DNA of 64,000 nt from a bacterium (GTDB taxonomy: Bacteria; SAR324; NAC60-12). The stretch is from the NCBI GenBank assembly GCA_965209155.1, contig OZ242383.1:704001-768000 (forward strand), given 5' to 3'. The notes under the pieces were generated by a model. The model was not told where the DNA came from. It searched no databases and saw only the letters and a program-made list of their open reading frames with translations. The position numbers were made by a program, and so were the translations under genes. Below, piece by piece: positions 30,801 through 39,234 of this stretch. The number at the start of each line of letters is the position of its first letter. The stretch's first letter is position 1.

Positions 30801-33498
30801 CAGCAATCAAAATAAAGTTTCGCCACTGATTGCAGACAGCGCTCCATGCATCCGGGTCAGAAATAATGAGAGTACGGCCAGTAACATCTATACGGTGTTC
30901 TTCGTCGAGTGATGCAATATAAGCGCATACGAAATCAATTGCGTGATCGGGGAAGTGTGTGATTAGATTTAGTTGAGTGGACTTGCCATCAAACAATTCC
31001 AGGAGCTTTTGGCATGCTTCCTCTCGATTTACGAGAAACAGGGTGGGGGGTAAAGGAAACGGATTGCCAATGGACTTCAACAACTCCCAATGATTTTCTG
31101 GAATCTTAATTTGTTGTATATCCGGGCCATGAATCCTGCTTACAAGCCAGAGTTCTACAGCTGGAAACTGATGAACCCAGTCAATTAATATTGTTCCGTC
31201 AATAATTCGTACGTCCTTCCAGTCGTTTCTGTCACGATGCGTTTTAAGCCAGTCAGCTTGCGCTCCTTCTTTCCAGGTATATTCCCAATCTCTTCTACCG
31301 GATAGGGGTGTCACGAACACAAACGTGGACTCCATTCGAATCCTTTTCGGAACTGCGTTGGTAAGATGCTTGTAGTCTTCTGTAGCCTTATTACGAGCAT
31401 TCAGGCTACTCCCAATTTCCCAAAAGGAAGACCCTTCAGGAACGAAGGATTTAAACCCAAGATCTACGTGCAGTATGCCATCAGGGCCATGTTGTCCAAT
31501 ACTGTCTCCTAAGGGGAAACGTCGTTCCCTGGTCTTGGGACAAGACGCTGCAACAAGACGATAGACAAGTTCAACAATCAGAGTTTGCGCTTCTTGTGCG
31601 TTACCTCGTACCCAATTGTCTAATTGGTTTTCTGTAACTAAGACCATCATTTTTGATCTTTCGGATAATTGTTTAACTTTCCCCACTCTTACCTCCCCCG
31701 ACAGCAACTTTGGCAGCAGTGTATCACGTAAGGCGGTGAGGATGCGAGACTCTGATATGTTCCTTCTGATGCGTACGTCGATAGGGTGAACGCAGGCGTC
31801 AAATACCTCAATAAGCTTTGATCCCGTTTCTGTTACCGGGAGTTCTTCAAATTGCTTCTTGTTGATGGCCCCAAATACCGTACCAGTATGTTCATATACA
31901 CTGATTTTTTCTTGTATTGCCCATGCAGAGTAGTAGGTGAATGAACTTGAAGCGGATTTATGCCGGAGTGAAGCAACGCCGCGTCCAATGCAGCATTGCT
32001 CCCACGCCATGTTGATGTCTCCAACAGGTGCTCTGACGCTGACGATAGTGTCTCCAATCTGAGCTAACCGAGTCGGAGCCGTGCAGAATTTTCGATTTTC
32101 AGGAAAGCGAAAACCAAAATCAGTTCGACCTTGAAAGAATGGCAAACCTTGGCCGTGATCATTGTAAGTGCTACCCGGAGGTGATTGACCCATCGTGAGA
32201 TTAAAGCACTCTCCCAAAATCTTTACTTCCCATCCCTTTGGAATTTTTCCCAGTTCGGAGTCTTCGAAGCTGTCGGGAAAGAGGGCCATGATGTCGTCGT
32301 CCATGCTGTCGAGGTAGGTGCGGGCGCGTTCCGGAGTCCACTCACTCCCCCCTGGAGGGGGAGTCACAGAAAGCGAGTCGTCCGGCGACGGTTGAGGCGG
32401 TGGGGGGGAGCTCCTCTGCGAAAGACTGGCGTCTTTCGATCCTCTCTCACGAGGAGGGTGATGGTGCAGGGCGTTATGAATGCTTTCCAGTACGCCGAAA
32501 CAATTCTCGAAGATTTCGTTGTTCCCGAAGCGCTGTATATGGAGGTCGTGTCGTTTCAGGGTGGCTTTCGCATGGACGGGGTCGAAATCGACGAACCAGG
32601 ATTTGAATAGCGCCTGCGCCATCGCCTCCAGTGTCTCGTTCATGCGGCGATTCAATTCGATCTTGTCGTCCAGAGTGCCCAGGATGTGGGCGATGGCGCG
32701 TTGCTCGTGCAGGGGTGGAAAGGGGATCCTAACGTTTGCAATGTCGGTTTTCCGTAGACCGAATCTTGTTACTCCGTTCGCCAGTGAATGAAATTGTTGT
32801 TGTGTGTTAATCGAATTCAGGGAGTAAAACAAATATGTTCCGTCGATTTCATGCAAAGAAGGGCGAAGAATTGCCAGATGATACCCGCAAACAAGATTAG
32901 GTATGTCCTCTTTTACTAACGCAGGAACACCAATATCGTCATGTTTCTCAGAATCCTTTGTGATGACAACATCTCCAGAAATAAGTGAACATTTTGAAAT
33001 CTCCTGTTTTGTCGCAGTTGCCAACATGAAGTTTAAATTAGAACTGATGAAACTATTTCTATACACGTCTGTGTAATTGCAGAGTTGCACGGATTGTTCT
33101 CCTGCCTTCGACTTCTTATCGACACTACTGAGTCTGAGATCAACCACAGCCCCTAAGGTCGTCTCGCGCCATTCACGCATATCACCTAGCTCTTCATTTT
33201 GCACAATTACGACATACTCGGCTTCGATCTGTTTGCGGAATTGGTCGGGTATGTCGTCCCAGACGAAGAGATCGACGCGAAAGGGGAGGTTGCTTTCATC
33301 GAATGCTTCCCTGAGCGCAGAAACCCGGCTGTTTTGTGATGGGGATGCGAAGACCACCATGTCGAGATCGGATTGGGGGCGTGCGGTCCATTGGACGCGG
33401 GAGCCATAAACCCAGGCAGTCGTCTGCGGCAGGTGCTGTTTGAGCAAGGCGAGCAGGGTTTCGCGCTGTGCGGAAGTGATGTCGATGGTCCGGTTCAT
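27871..33498 (-). CDS. Fusion: MNT nucleotidyltransferase + type I specificity subunit HsdS + ~1260-aa uncharacterised protein
   Basis: aa ~1-100 YGSR..SDLD; HsdS conserved helices EQRAIAHILGTLDDKIELNRRMNETLE and LRDTLLPKLLSGEVRV; no stop before MMVLV at 31650; start 33498 overlaps the HEPN stop (ATGA). Confidence 0.85.
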   Translation of the reverse strand: MNRTIDITSAQRETLLALLKQHLPQTTAWVYGSRVQWTARPQSDLDMVVFASPSQNSRVSALREAFDESNLPFRVDLFVWDDIPDQFRKQIEAEYVVIVQNEELGDMREWRETTLGAVVDLRLSSVDKKSKAGEQSVQLCNYTDVYRNSFISSNLNFMLATATKQEISKCSLISGDVVITKDSEKHDDIGVPALVKEDIPNLVCGYHLAILRPSLHEIDGTYLFYSLNSINTQQQFHSLANGVTRFGLRKTDIANVRIPFPPLHEQRAIAHILGTLDDKIELNRRMNETLEAMAQALFKSWFVDFDPVHAKATLKRHDLHIQRFGNNEIFENCFGVLESIHNALHHHPPRERGSKDASLSQRSSPPPPQPSPDDSLSVTPPPGGSEWTPERARTYLDSMDDDIMALFPDSFEDSELGKIPKGWEVKILGECFNLTMGQSPPGSTYNDHGQGLPFFQGRTDFGFRFPENRKFCTAPTRLAQIGDTIVSVRAPVGDINMAWEQCCIGRGVASLRHKSASSSFTYYSAWAIQEKISVYEHTGTVFGAINKKQFEELPVTETGSKLIEVFDACVHPIDVRIRRNISESRILTALRDTLLPKLLSGEVRVGKVKQLSERSKMMVLVTENQLDNWVRGNAQEAQTLIVELVYRLVAASCPKTRERRFPLGDSIGQHGPDGILHVDLGFKSFVPEGSSFWEIGSSLNARNKATEDYKHLTNAVPKRIRMESTFVFVTPLSGRRDWEYTWKEGAQADWLKTHRDRNDWKDVRIIDGTILIDWVHQFPAVELWLVSRIHGPDIQQIKIPENHWELLKSIGNPFPLPPTLFLVNREEACQKLLELFDGKSTQLNLITHFPDHAIDFVCAYIASLDEEHRIDVTGRTLIISDPDAWSAVCNQWRNFILIADTALDLSGDSGNRAIQQARNAGHSIVVGGAYAGPANSSSVSLFTPRQHKLKQELNDVGYPEQRAQTLVERCDGDLSSLLRLLQGFPLLPDWARNADSTELATAALLGSWMDGSAADRAVVKSLTGKEYEEWVEKIRKITLTPGTPIICREGSWKFISRYEGWYALGNIFSDQHLDKLKNIVISVLTEADPRFKLHTNEQWLANIHGTSLTHSPLLRKGLAETLALLGSHPKALTSCAMGKSEYTATFVVKKILFDADWILWGSLDNLLPLLAEAAPGEFLKIVENALQQTPCPFDELFAQENVGVFGGNYTTGLLWALETLAWDEEFFVQACVTLAELAARAPGGNKADGPVDSLTRILLPWLPRTTASLEKRKAALKTLQEQVPKVAWKVLLTLLPNQTESSSSTHKPVWRDTIPDDWKEGVSDKEYWEQVVFCAEQAVEMASIDIEKLECLVDHLDDLPEPAFSQALEHLSSEAITNRPEEQRMGFWTKLVKITHTHREFPDAKWALPEEKISRIESITAKLAPQKPWNRHRLIFGNYNPFYEETGDWEEQRQTAVKEIISYGEIDAVIQFADTVEQPWCVGNSLGAIAKSEYDEHILPAFLETDNRKLVEFVRAFIWSRQYKNGWKWADGLDRSHWSASQVGQFLSWLPFTKEAWNRATNWLGENEREYWDKVRPYDSDDDISFAIDKLVEHGQPRATITSLYRMLQKGQLLDKRRVVTSLLAAASSTEPFDSMNTYNIIELIKSLQNDPETDPEELFRIESAYLSLLNRKPRFFPKTLENKLASDPVFFCEVIRRVYRSTKETRARKKLSEQDNAMISNARRLLNIWKTTPGTQNDGTFLPDDFQQWLAQVKQSCHDSGHLEVALSQIGQGLIHSPPDPGGLWIHHSVACALNDKSAEIMREGYNTGIFNSRGAHFVDPAGKPELKLAEQFKQKAEQIENAGFQRLAATLRKISEQYSLEAQQIIAAYKNEP

Positions 33499-33911
33499 TC
33501 CCATGTTTCCCCGCTCAGGGTCTGGTAGAGGCCGATGGCGTCGTCAATGAATTGCTCCATGACGTCCAGGCAGGCTTTTGCTTTCTCACCACTGTAGTCG
33601 TGGGCCGTGCCCACGCGCCTGTCCGCATAGCGCAGCCATCGTTCCAGCGGCACATCGAACAGTTCGTTCTCGAACGCCAGTTTAAAGAGAGGCTTGGGAC
33701 TGTTGGGCGTTTCCGCGAGACCCAATTCTTCAATCAGGTATCGTCTCAATACCTTCCACAAGCAATCATAGCAGGTCTCGAATCGCTGGATAACTGATTC
33801 CGCGATAGCTTCCCGGGTCAATTCCAGTAATGAAACATCGAGATGCCGGTAATTATCGTACTGTTCCTCCAGGCGTTTGAGGGACATTCGAAATTTTTCA
33901 TAATCGACCAT
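33495..33911 (-). CDS. HEPN-domain toxin (HI0074/HepT-like nucleotidyltransferase substrate-binding protein)
   Basis: IQRFETCY, SPKPLFK and RVGTAHDY (RX4HXY) motifs; directly upstream of the MNT domain. Confidence 0.85.
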   Translation of the reverse strand: MVDYEKFRMSLKRLEEQYDNYRHLDVSLLELTREAIAESVIQRFETCYDCLWKVLRRYLIEELGLAETPNSPKPLFKLAFENELFDVPLERWLRYADRRVGTAHDYSGEKAKACLDVMEQFIDDAIGLYQTLSGETWE

Positions 33912-33934
33912 GTTCTGCCTTCGGATTGCCTTCA

Positions 33935-34179
33935 TCAATTGCATTCACTACGGAATACCAGAGCATCGACGGTTTTTCCTCTTTTATTGTCATTTTCATC
34001 AAAAAAAGTCGGACTCCATACCAGCCTAACCAGTGATGATCCCTGGTGTTCAGGCAAGTCGTCGTAATAGAGATTTGTTGTGGTAAGAGGTTGTCGTAAT
34101 CCTCTTCGTCCTTGTTCACTACTACACGCAATCTGGTATGGTATTTTTGAAGTAGTTTGATCAACTCTTTGACTGTCAT
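33935..34179 (-). pseudogene. Small hypothetical gene, probably frameshifted
   Basis: GGAGG RBS then MTVKELIKLLQKY..LRVVVN; a plausible C-terminus (TVDALVFRSECN*) lies in another frame. Confidence 0.35.
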
Positions 34180-34353
34180 GAGCATTTTCCTCCAAGTAGG
34201 AAATCTAATGCTTTTCAAGTTGTTCTTGATCGCAACGTCCGACAACGTGCCGAAAGACAATGATTGTCTTTCATTTTTGCGAGCCAAATCTATTTTTCAA
34301 TCATATTTAATAAAAAGTGATTATCAAAGCAGATTGTGATTCATAGGTGAGTG

Positions 34354-35469
34354 TCAAAACACAGGCTTTCCTTCCGCAATGTTCAGGACCTCCGGGAATG
34401 TGAGTACAGCTGGTCTGCGGCCGCTTCCGGCTCGAATCTCTTTCAGAATTCCACCCCGGCGCAACGTGACCAGAATCCGCCGTGCTGTCGGTTCGGGGAT
34501 GGGCACCTTGGTCACGAAATCGACACTTTTGAAAATCGGATACTGGAAAATCCAGTCCAAAGCATGGATTGCGTATCGGGAGCGGATCAATTCAGTCACA
34601 TGGTTCTTCATGTCTTCGTAAAGGTTAAGGATTCCCCTGGCCTTCGTCAGGTTGTCCTCGGCTTGAATACGCACTGCATTCAGGAAGAATTGGCACCAAC
34701 CGGTCCAATCGTCGTCACGCGAGACCGCAAGCAGCCCATCGTAGTATGCATTACGATGCGCCTCGAAATATGCGCTAATGTAGAACATGGGATACCCAAT
34801 AAGACCACTCTGCCAAAGGAAAAGAGGCACCAGCATACGCCCCAGGCGACCATTACCATCCAGAAATGGATGCAGAGCTTCGAACTCGGCGTGCAGAATG
34901 GCGAGTTGCACAAGCCGGTCTGTGGCATCTCGATTCATATACGACTCCCAGGCGCTCATGGCGTCGTTGAGCATTTCCGCACCGACAGGTACGAACCTGG
35001 CCTCATCCAAGCTGCATCCGGGCGGACCAATCCAATTGGGAATACGCCGATACTCGCCAGGTGCCATGTACTTGCCACGCACTCCGGAAAGCAGCACCCG
35101 ATGCGCCTCGCGAATTACTCTTTGAGAGAGAGGAAGCTCACTCAGCATTTGCTCGGCCCTACGCATAGCGGTGCGATAGTTGAGCACTTCTTGGATGTCG
35201 TCATGACGCTCGGAAGATAGAAGCTCTTGTAAAGCCTCAAACTCCAGTACCTCACCCATTGTGGCTTGGGTGCCCTCAATGCGCGAGGAGAGGACAGCTT
35301 CCTGAGTCGTCAGAGGTGCCAGTAGTACGTTCGGGTCAGGAACGGCGGAGAGCACTCCATCGTATCGAGCCACTGCGGCAACGGCCGGGCCAATCAGTGG
35401 AACCAACACCGGCCAGTTGAGCCGCTCTTCCGGCGGGAACAATCCTGTCTTGTAGTGAACTGCTGCCAT
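34354..35469 (-). CDS. Fic family protein
   Basis: SSRIEGTQAT and HPFLDGNGRLGR Fic motif; start overlaps hsdM stop (TAATG). Confidence 0.92.
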   Translation of the reverse strand: MAAVHYKTGLFPPEERLNWPVLVPLIGPAVAAVARYDGVLSAVPDPNVLLAPLTTQEAVLSSRIEGTQATMGEVLEFEALQELLSSERHDDIQEVLNYRTAMRRAEQMLSELPLSQRVIREAHRVLLSGVRGKYMAPGEYRRIPNWIGPPGCSLDEARFVPVGAEMLNDAMSAWESYMNRDATDRLVQLAILHAEFEALHPFLDGNGRLGRMLVPLFLWQSGLIGYPMFYISAYFEAHRNAYYDGLLAVSRDDDWTGWCQFFLNAVRIQAEDNLTKARGILNLYEDMKNHVTELIRSRYAIHALDWIFQYPIFKSVDFVTKVPIPEPTARRILVTLRRGGILKEIRAGSGRRPAVLTFPEVLNIAEGKPVF

Positions 35470-37373
35470 TAATCTCCCCCTTTCGTTCCAAATCCGAGTA
35501 ATTTGAGGTTTACAGCGATGGCAGCGTCCAGTCGGGTGGCTTCTAACTGTTGTTCGTGCCACTGGGTGGTGAGGCGATCCATCTTGACTTCGAAGGGTTC
35601 GCCATCGTCTGCTTGTCGCTCTGCGCCCACGTAACGGCCTGGGGTTAGAATATGACCGTGTTTGCGTATTTCCTCCAAGGTCGCGCTTTTGCAAAATCCA
35701 GGAACATCTTGGTAAATCGCAGCACCCTCACCCCGGACTTCTCCCTGCGAGGGAGAGGGAGAATGAAGAGAAGACCTCGTGGCAGCACCCTCACCCCGGA
35801 CCTCTTCCTGCGAGGGAGAGGGAGAATGAAGAGATGATCTCGTGGCAGCACCTTCACCCCGGACTTCTCCCTGCGAGGGAGAGGGAGAATGAAGAGATGA
35901 TCTCGTGACGGCTCCCTCTCCCCGGACTTCTCCCTTGAAGGGAGAGGGAGAATGAAGAGAAGACCTCGTGGCAGCACCCTCACCCCGACCCTCTCCCTTC
36001 AAGGGAGAGGGAGAAAGAGGGGGAACGCGGTGGCGCCAGGCGTGGTAGGTGCCGGCGATGCGAGCAATGTCTTCAGGGGTCAGCTCGCGATGAGTGCGGT
36101 CGACCATGCGGCCCAGTTTGCGGGCGTCGATGAAGAGCACTTCTCCTCTCCGGTCCCGGCCAGACGACAGCCCCGCTCTTCCACGGGAGGTATGACGGTC
36201 TCTCGCCAGGAACCAGAGGCAGGCGGGAATCTGGGTGGAATAGAAGAGTTGGCCCGGCAGCGCCACCATGCAGTCCACCAGGTCCGCTTCGATCATGTTC
36301 TTACGGATATTGCCTTCGCCAGACTGATTCGACGACATGGAGCCGTTGGCGAGGACGAAGCCGGCGGTGCCATCAGGCGCGAGATGATGGACGATGTGCT
36401 GAACCCAGGCGAAGTTGGCGTTGCCGTTGGGAGGGATACCGAATTGCCAACGCGGGTCGTCGGTGAGTTGCCGGCCGCCCCAGTCGGAAATATTGAATGG
36501 TGGATTCGCGAGGATGAAGTCCGCCTTGAGGTCGGGGTGGCGGTCGTTGTGGAAAGTGTCCCCGTGAGCGATCTGACCGTCAATACCTCGAATGGCGAGA
36601 TTCATTTTAGCAAGGCGCCAGGTCGTGTAGTTCGATTCCTGGCCGTAGATGGAAATGTCGCTGCTGAGCCTGCCGTTGTTGCCGTTTCCGGTAGCATGAG
36701 CACGAATGAATTCGACCGATTGCACGAACATGCCGGAAGAGCCGCAACACGGATCATAAACCCGTCCCTGCCAGGGTTCGAGCATCTCGACGAGAAGCTT
36801 GACGACGCAACGCGGGGTGTAGAATTCGCCTCCCTTCTTGCCTTCGGCGCTGGCGAATCGAGAGAGGAAATATTCGTACACTCGACCCAGCACGTCCTTG
36901 GAACGCGCTTCTTCATCACCCACCCTGATATTGCTGATCATGTCTATGAGTTGGCCAAGTCGTTGTTTATCGAGGGCAGGGCGCGCATAATCCTTGGGTA
37001 GCACGTCCCTGAGCGAGGGGTTGTCCTGCTCGATTCCGATCATCGCGTCATCAACGAGTTGGCCGATGGCGGGTTGCTTCGCCCGGGTTTTGAGATGGTT
37101 CCAGCGCGCTTGAACCGGCACCCAGAAGATGTTTTCCGCGCGATACTCGTCCGCATCTTCCGGGTCAGCGCCTTCTGCGCGCTCTTTTTCGAGGCGGACG
37201 CGCATTTCCTCGAAGGCGTCGGAGATGTATTTGAGAAAGATGAGACCGAGGACGACGTGCTTGTATTCGGCGGCATCCATGCTTCCACGCAGGGTGTCGG
37301 CCATACGCCACAGTTCGGCTTCGTATCCCGCAATGGCGCCATTGTCCTGCGATTTCGCATTCACCCCTGTCAT
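35469..37373 (-). CDS. hsdM: Type I RM methyltransferase subunit M with in-frame repeat insertion
   Basis: [20 protein letters not shown] (N6-adenine MTase), LTPGRYVG. Confidence 0.96.
   Translation of the reverse strand: MTGVNAKSQDNGAIAGYEAELWRMADTLRGSMDAAEYKHVVLGLIFLKYISDAFEEMRVRLEKERAEGADPEDADEYRAENIFWVPVQARWNHLKTRAKQPAIGQLVDDAMIGIEQDNPSLRDVLPKDYARPALDKQRLGQLIDMISNIRVGDEEARSKDVLGRVYEYFLSRFASAEGKKGGEFYTPRCVVKLLVEMLEPWQGRVYDPCCGSSGMFVQSVEFIRAHATGNGNNGRLSSDISIYGQESNYTTWRLAKMNLAIRGIDGQIAHGDTFHNDRHPDLKADFILANPPFNISDWGGRQLTDDPRWQFGIPPNGNANFAWVQHIVHHLAPDGTAGFVLANGSMSSNQSGEGNIRKNMIEADLVDCMVALPGQLFYSTQIPACLWFLARDRHTSRGRAGLSSGRDRRGEVLFIDARKLGRMVDRTHRELTPEDIARIAGTYHAWRHRVPPLSPSPLKGEGRGEGAATRSSLHSPSPFKGEVRGEGAVTRSSLHSPSPSQGEVRGEGAATRSSLHSPSPSQEEVRGEGAATRSSLHSPSPSQGEVRGEGAAIYQDVPGFCKSATLEEIRKHGHILTPGRYVGAERQADDGEPFEVKMDRLTTQWHEQQLEATRLDAAIAVNLKLLGFGTKGGD
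35719..36013. repeat. 63-bp tandem repeat (~4.7 copies) of a CCCTCTCCC..GGGAGAGGG palindrome within hsdM
   Basis: Units start 35719, 35782, 35845, 35908, 35971; encode 21-aa repeat [21 protein letters not shown]. Confidence 0.92.
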
Positions 37374-37694
37374 TGGTCTTCGCTCCCTCTATCATTTCAT
37401 GTTGGATTTGCGAATGAAGAAACGCTCTTAATATTGTACGCATCCCGTCTGTAAATCGCTCATGAAAGATAGCATTTCAACCAACTTTCTACAAGCGCGA
37501 ATGGAAAGCTCGAGCACATGAGTTGAATAGCATTCGTAGATTATCGTGACAGTGAATTCTTTGTTTTCGCGAATTCCGCTTTTATTTGAACATCGAATGG
37601 GATATACTTTTTATCTAACAGGAAAGGTCATTGCCTTGGCCTTTCGTGGTTTTCAAGCCTGCTGGAACAGTCATTTACAAAGCACGAGGAAACA

Positions 37695-38258
37695 TTGTAC
37701 GAAACATCGGAAATTCGTAAAGGATTGAGAATCGAGTTGAACGACAGTCCTTTCCAAATCATAGAGTATCAATTCGTCAAACCCGGAAAGGGCAATGCAT
37801 TTACGAGGACCAAAGTCCGCAACATGATCACCGGAGCCGTTTTGGATCGCACTTTCAAAAACGGTGAGAAATTGAAACCCGCCGATACGGAAGACCGGGA
37901 GATGCAATATCTCTACAAAGACGGAAGTGATTTTTTTTTCATGGACAACGAGTCTTATGAGCAAATCAACCTGGAACAAGAGGTGGTGAGAGACGCGGGG
38001 CATTACCTGATTGAGGGAATGCAAGTCTCCATCGGATTTTTCAACGGACGCCCCATTGGACTCGAACTGCCCAATTTCGTCGTCCTGGAAGTGGTGGACA
38101 CTTCTCCGGGAGAGAAAGGCAATTCGGTAACCGGGGCAACCAAAGCCGCAAGACTGGCCACCGGTTACACAGTAAACGTTCCGCTTTTCATAAAAACGGG
38201 AGAATTGCTGAAAATCGATACGCGCACCGGTGAATACGTAGAACGAGTGAAAGCGTGA
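37695..38258 (+). CDS. efp: Elongation factor P
   Basis: VKPGKGNAF, VPLFIKTGELLKIDTRTGEYVER; TTG start. Confidence 0.96.
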   Translation: MYETSEIRKGLRIELNDSPFQIIEYQFVKPGKGNAFTRTKVRNMITGAVLDRTFKNGEKLKPADTEDREMQYLYKDGSDFFFMDNESYEQINLEQEVVRDAGHYLIEGMQVSIGFFNGRPIGLELPNFVVLEVVDTSPGEKGNSVTGATKAARLATGYTVNVPLFIKTGELLKIDTRTGEYVERVKA

Positions 38259-38268
38259 TGAGTTGATC

Positions 38269-39195
38269 ATGAAGCGAAATTTTATTTCCATCCTGGATTG
38301 GACATCAGAGGAAATTCGAGCCAACCTGGAATGGGCCCTGGAATTGAAAGAGGCGACCCGCAAGCGTAAATGTCCCCGGTTGCTGGAGCAAAAAACCTAT
38401 GCGATGATTTTTCACAAGGAATCGCTGCGGACACGCATCTCTTTCGAGGTGGGTATTTTTCAACTGGGAGGGAAAACGATTCACCTGACGGCCAACGACT
38501 TCGAGTTGGGAAAGCGCGAGTCGATTCAAGACGTCGCCAAGGTCACTTCCCGCTTCGTCGACGGAATTCTGATCCGCACCTTCGATCACGAAGGGGTGGT
38601 GGAACTCGGCGAACATGCTGAAGTTCCGGTGGTCAATATGCTGACGGATTGGGAGCATCCCTGTCAAATCATGGCGGACGTTCTGACCATCGAGGAACGA
38701 TTGGGAAAACTAGACAACCTGAAAGTCGTCTATTTGGGAGATGGCAACAACGTGACCCATTCATGGCTGGCGATGGCCGCGCGTTTGCCCTTTCATTTAT
38801 GCATCGCCACTGCTCCTGAAACCAAACCCGACATGGAACTGTTCAAGGAAGTGAAGGACAGGGGAACATCTACGGTTTCTCTTTGCCATTCCGCGCAAGA
38901 AGCCGTGAGGGATGCGGACGTCTTATATACGGACGTCTGGGCGAGTATGGGACAGAAAGATCAATTCGCTTCGAAATCGGCACGGTTGAAAGATTTTCAA
39001 GTAAACCGGGAATTGTTGAACCAGGCAAAGCCCAATACGCTGGTGATGCATTGTTTGCCGGCAGAAAGGGGGCGGGAAATCACGGACGAAGTCCTGGATG
39101 GACCCCAATCGTTAGTGCTGGACCAGGCAGAAAACCGGCTGCATGCTCAAAAAGCAATTCTCGCGCAACTGGAGCGATGGCATCACCAATCCTGA
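38269..39195 (+). CDS. argF: Ornithine carbamoyltransferase
   Basis: SLRTRISFE, HPCQ, YTDVWASMG, HCLP, QAENRLH. Confidence 0.92.
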   Translation: MKRNFISILDWTSEEIRANLEWALELKEATRKRKCPRLLEQKTYAMIFHKESLRTRISFEVGIFQLGGKTIHLTANDFELGKRESIQDVAKVTSRFVDGILIRTFDHEGVVELGEHAEVPVVNMLTDWEHPCQIMADVLTIEERLGKLDNLKVVYLGDGNNVTHSWLAMAARLPFHLCIATAPETKPDMELFKEVKDRGTSTVSLCHSAQEAVRDADVLYTDVWASMGQKDQFASKSARLKDFQVNRELLNQAKPNTLVMHCLPAERGREITDEVLDGPQSLVLDQAENRLHAQKAILAQLERWHHQS

Positions 39196-39234
39196 TGCAT
39201 CGCGCTTATTCATTATTAGGATGACGGAGGTATT

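Noticed and set aside
36160..36192. Fourth palindrome remnant in hsdM ([12 protein letters not shown])
   Set aside because: Similarity to the repeat family is too weak to call without an alignment.
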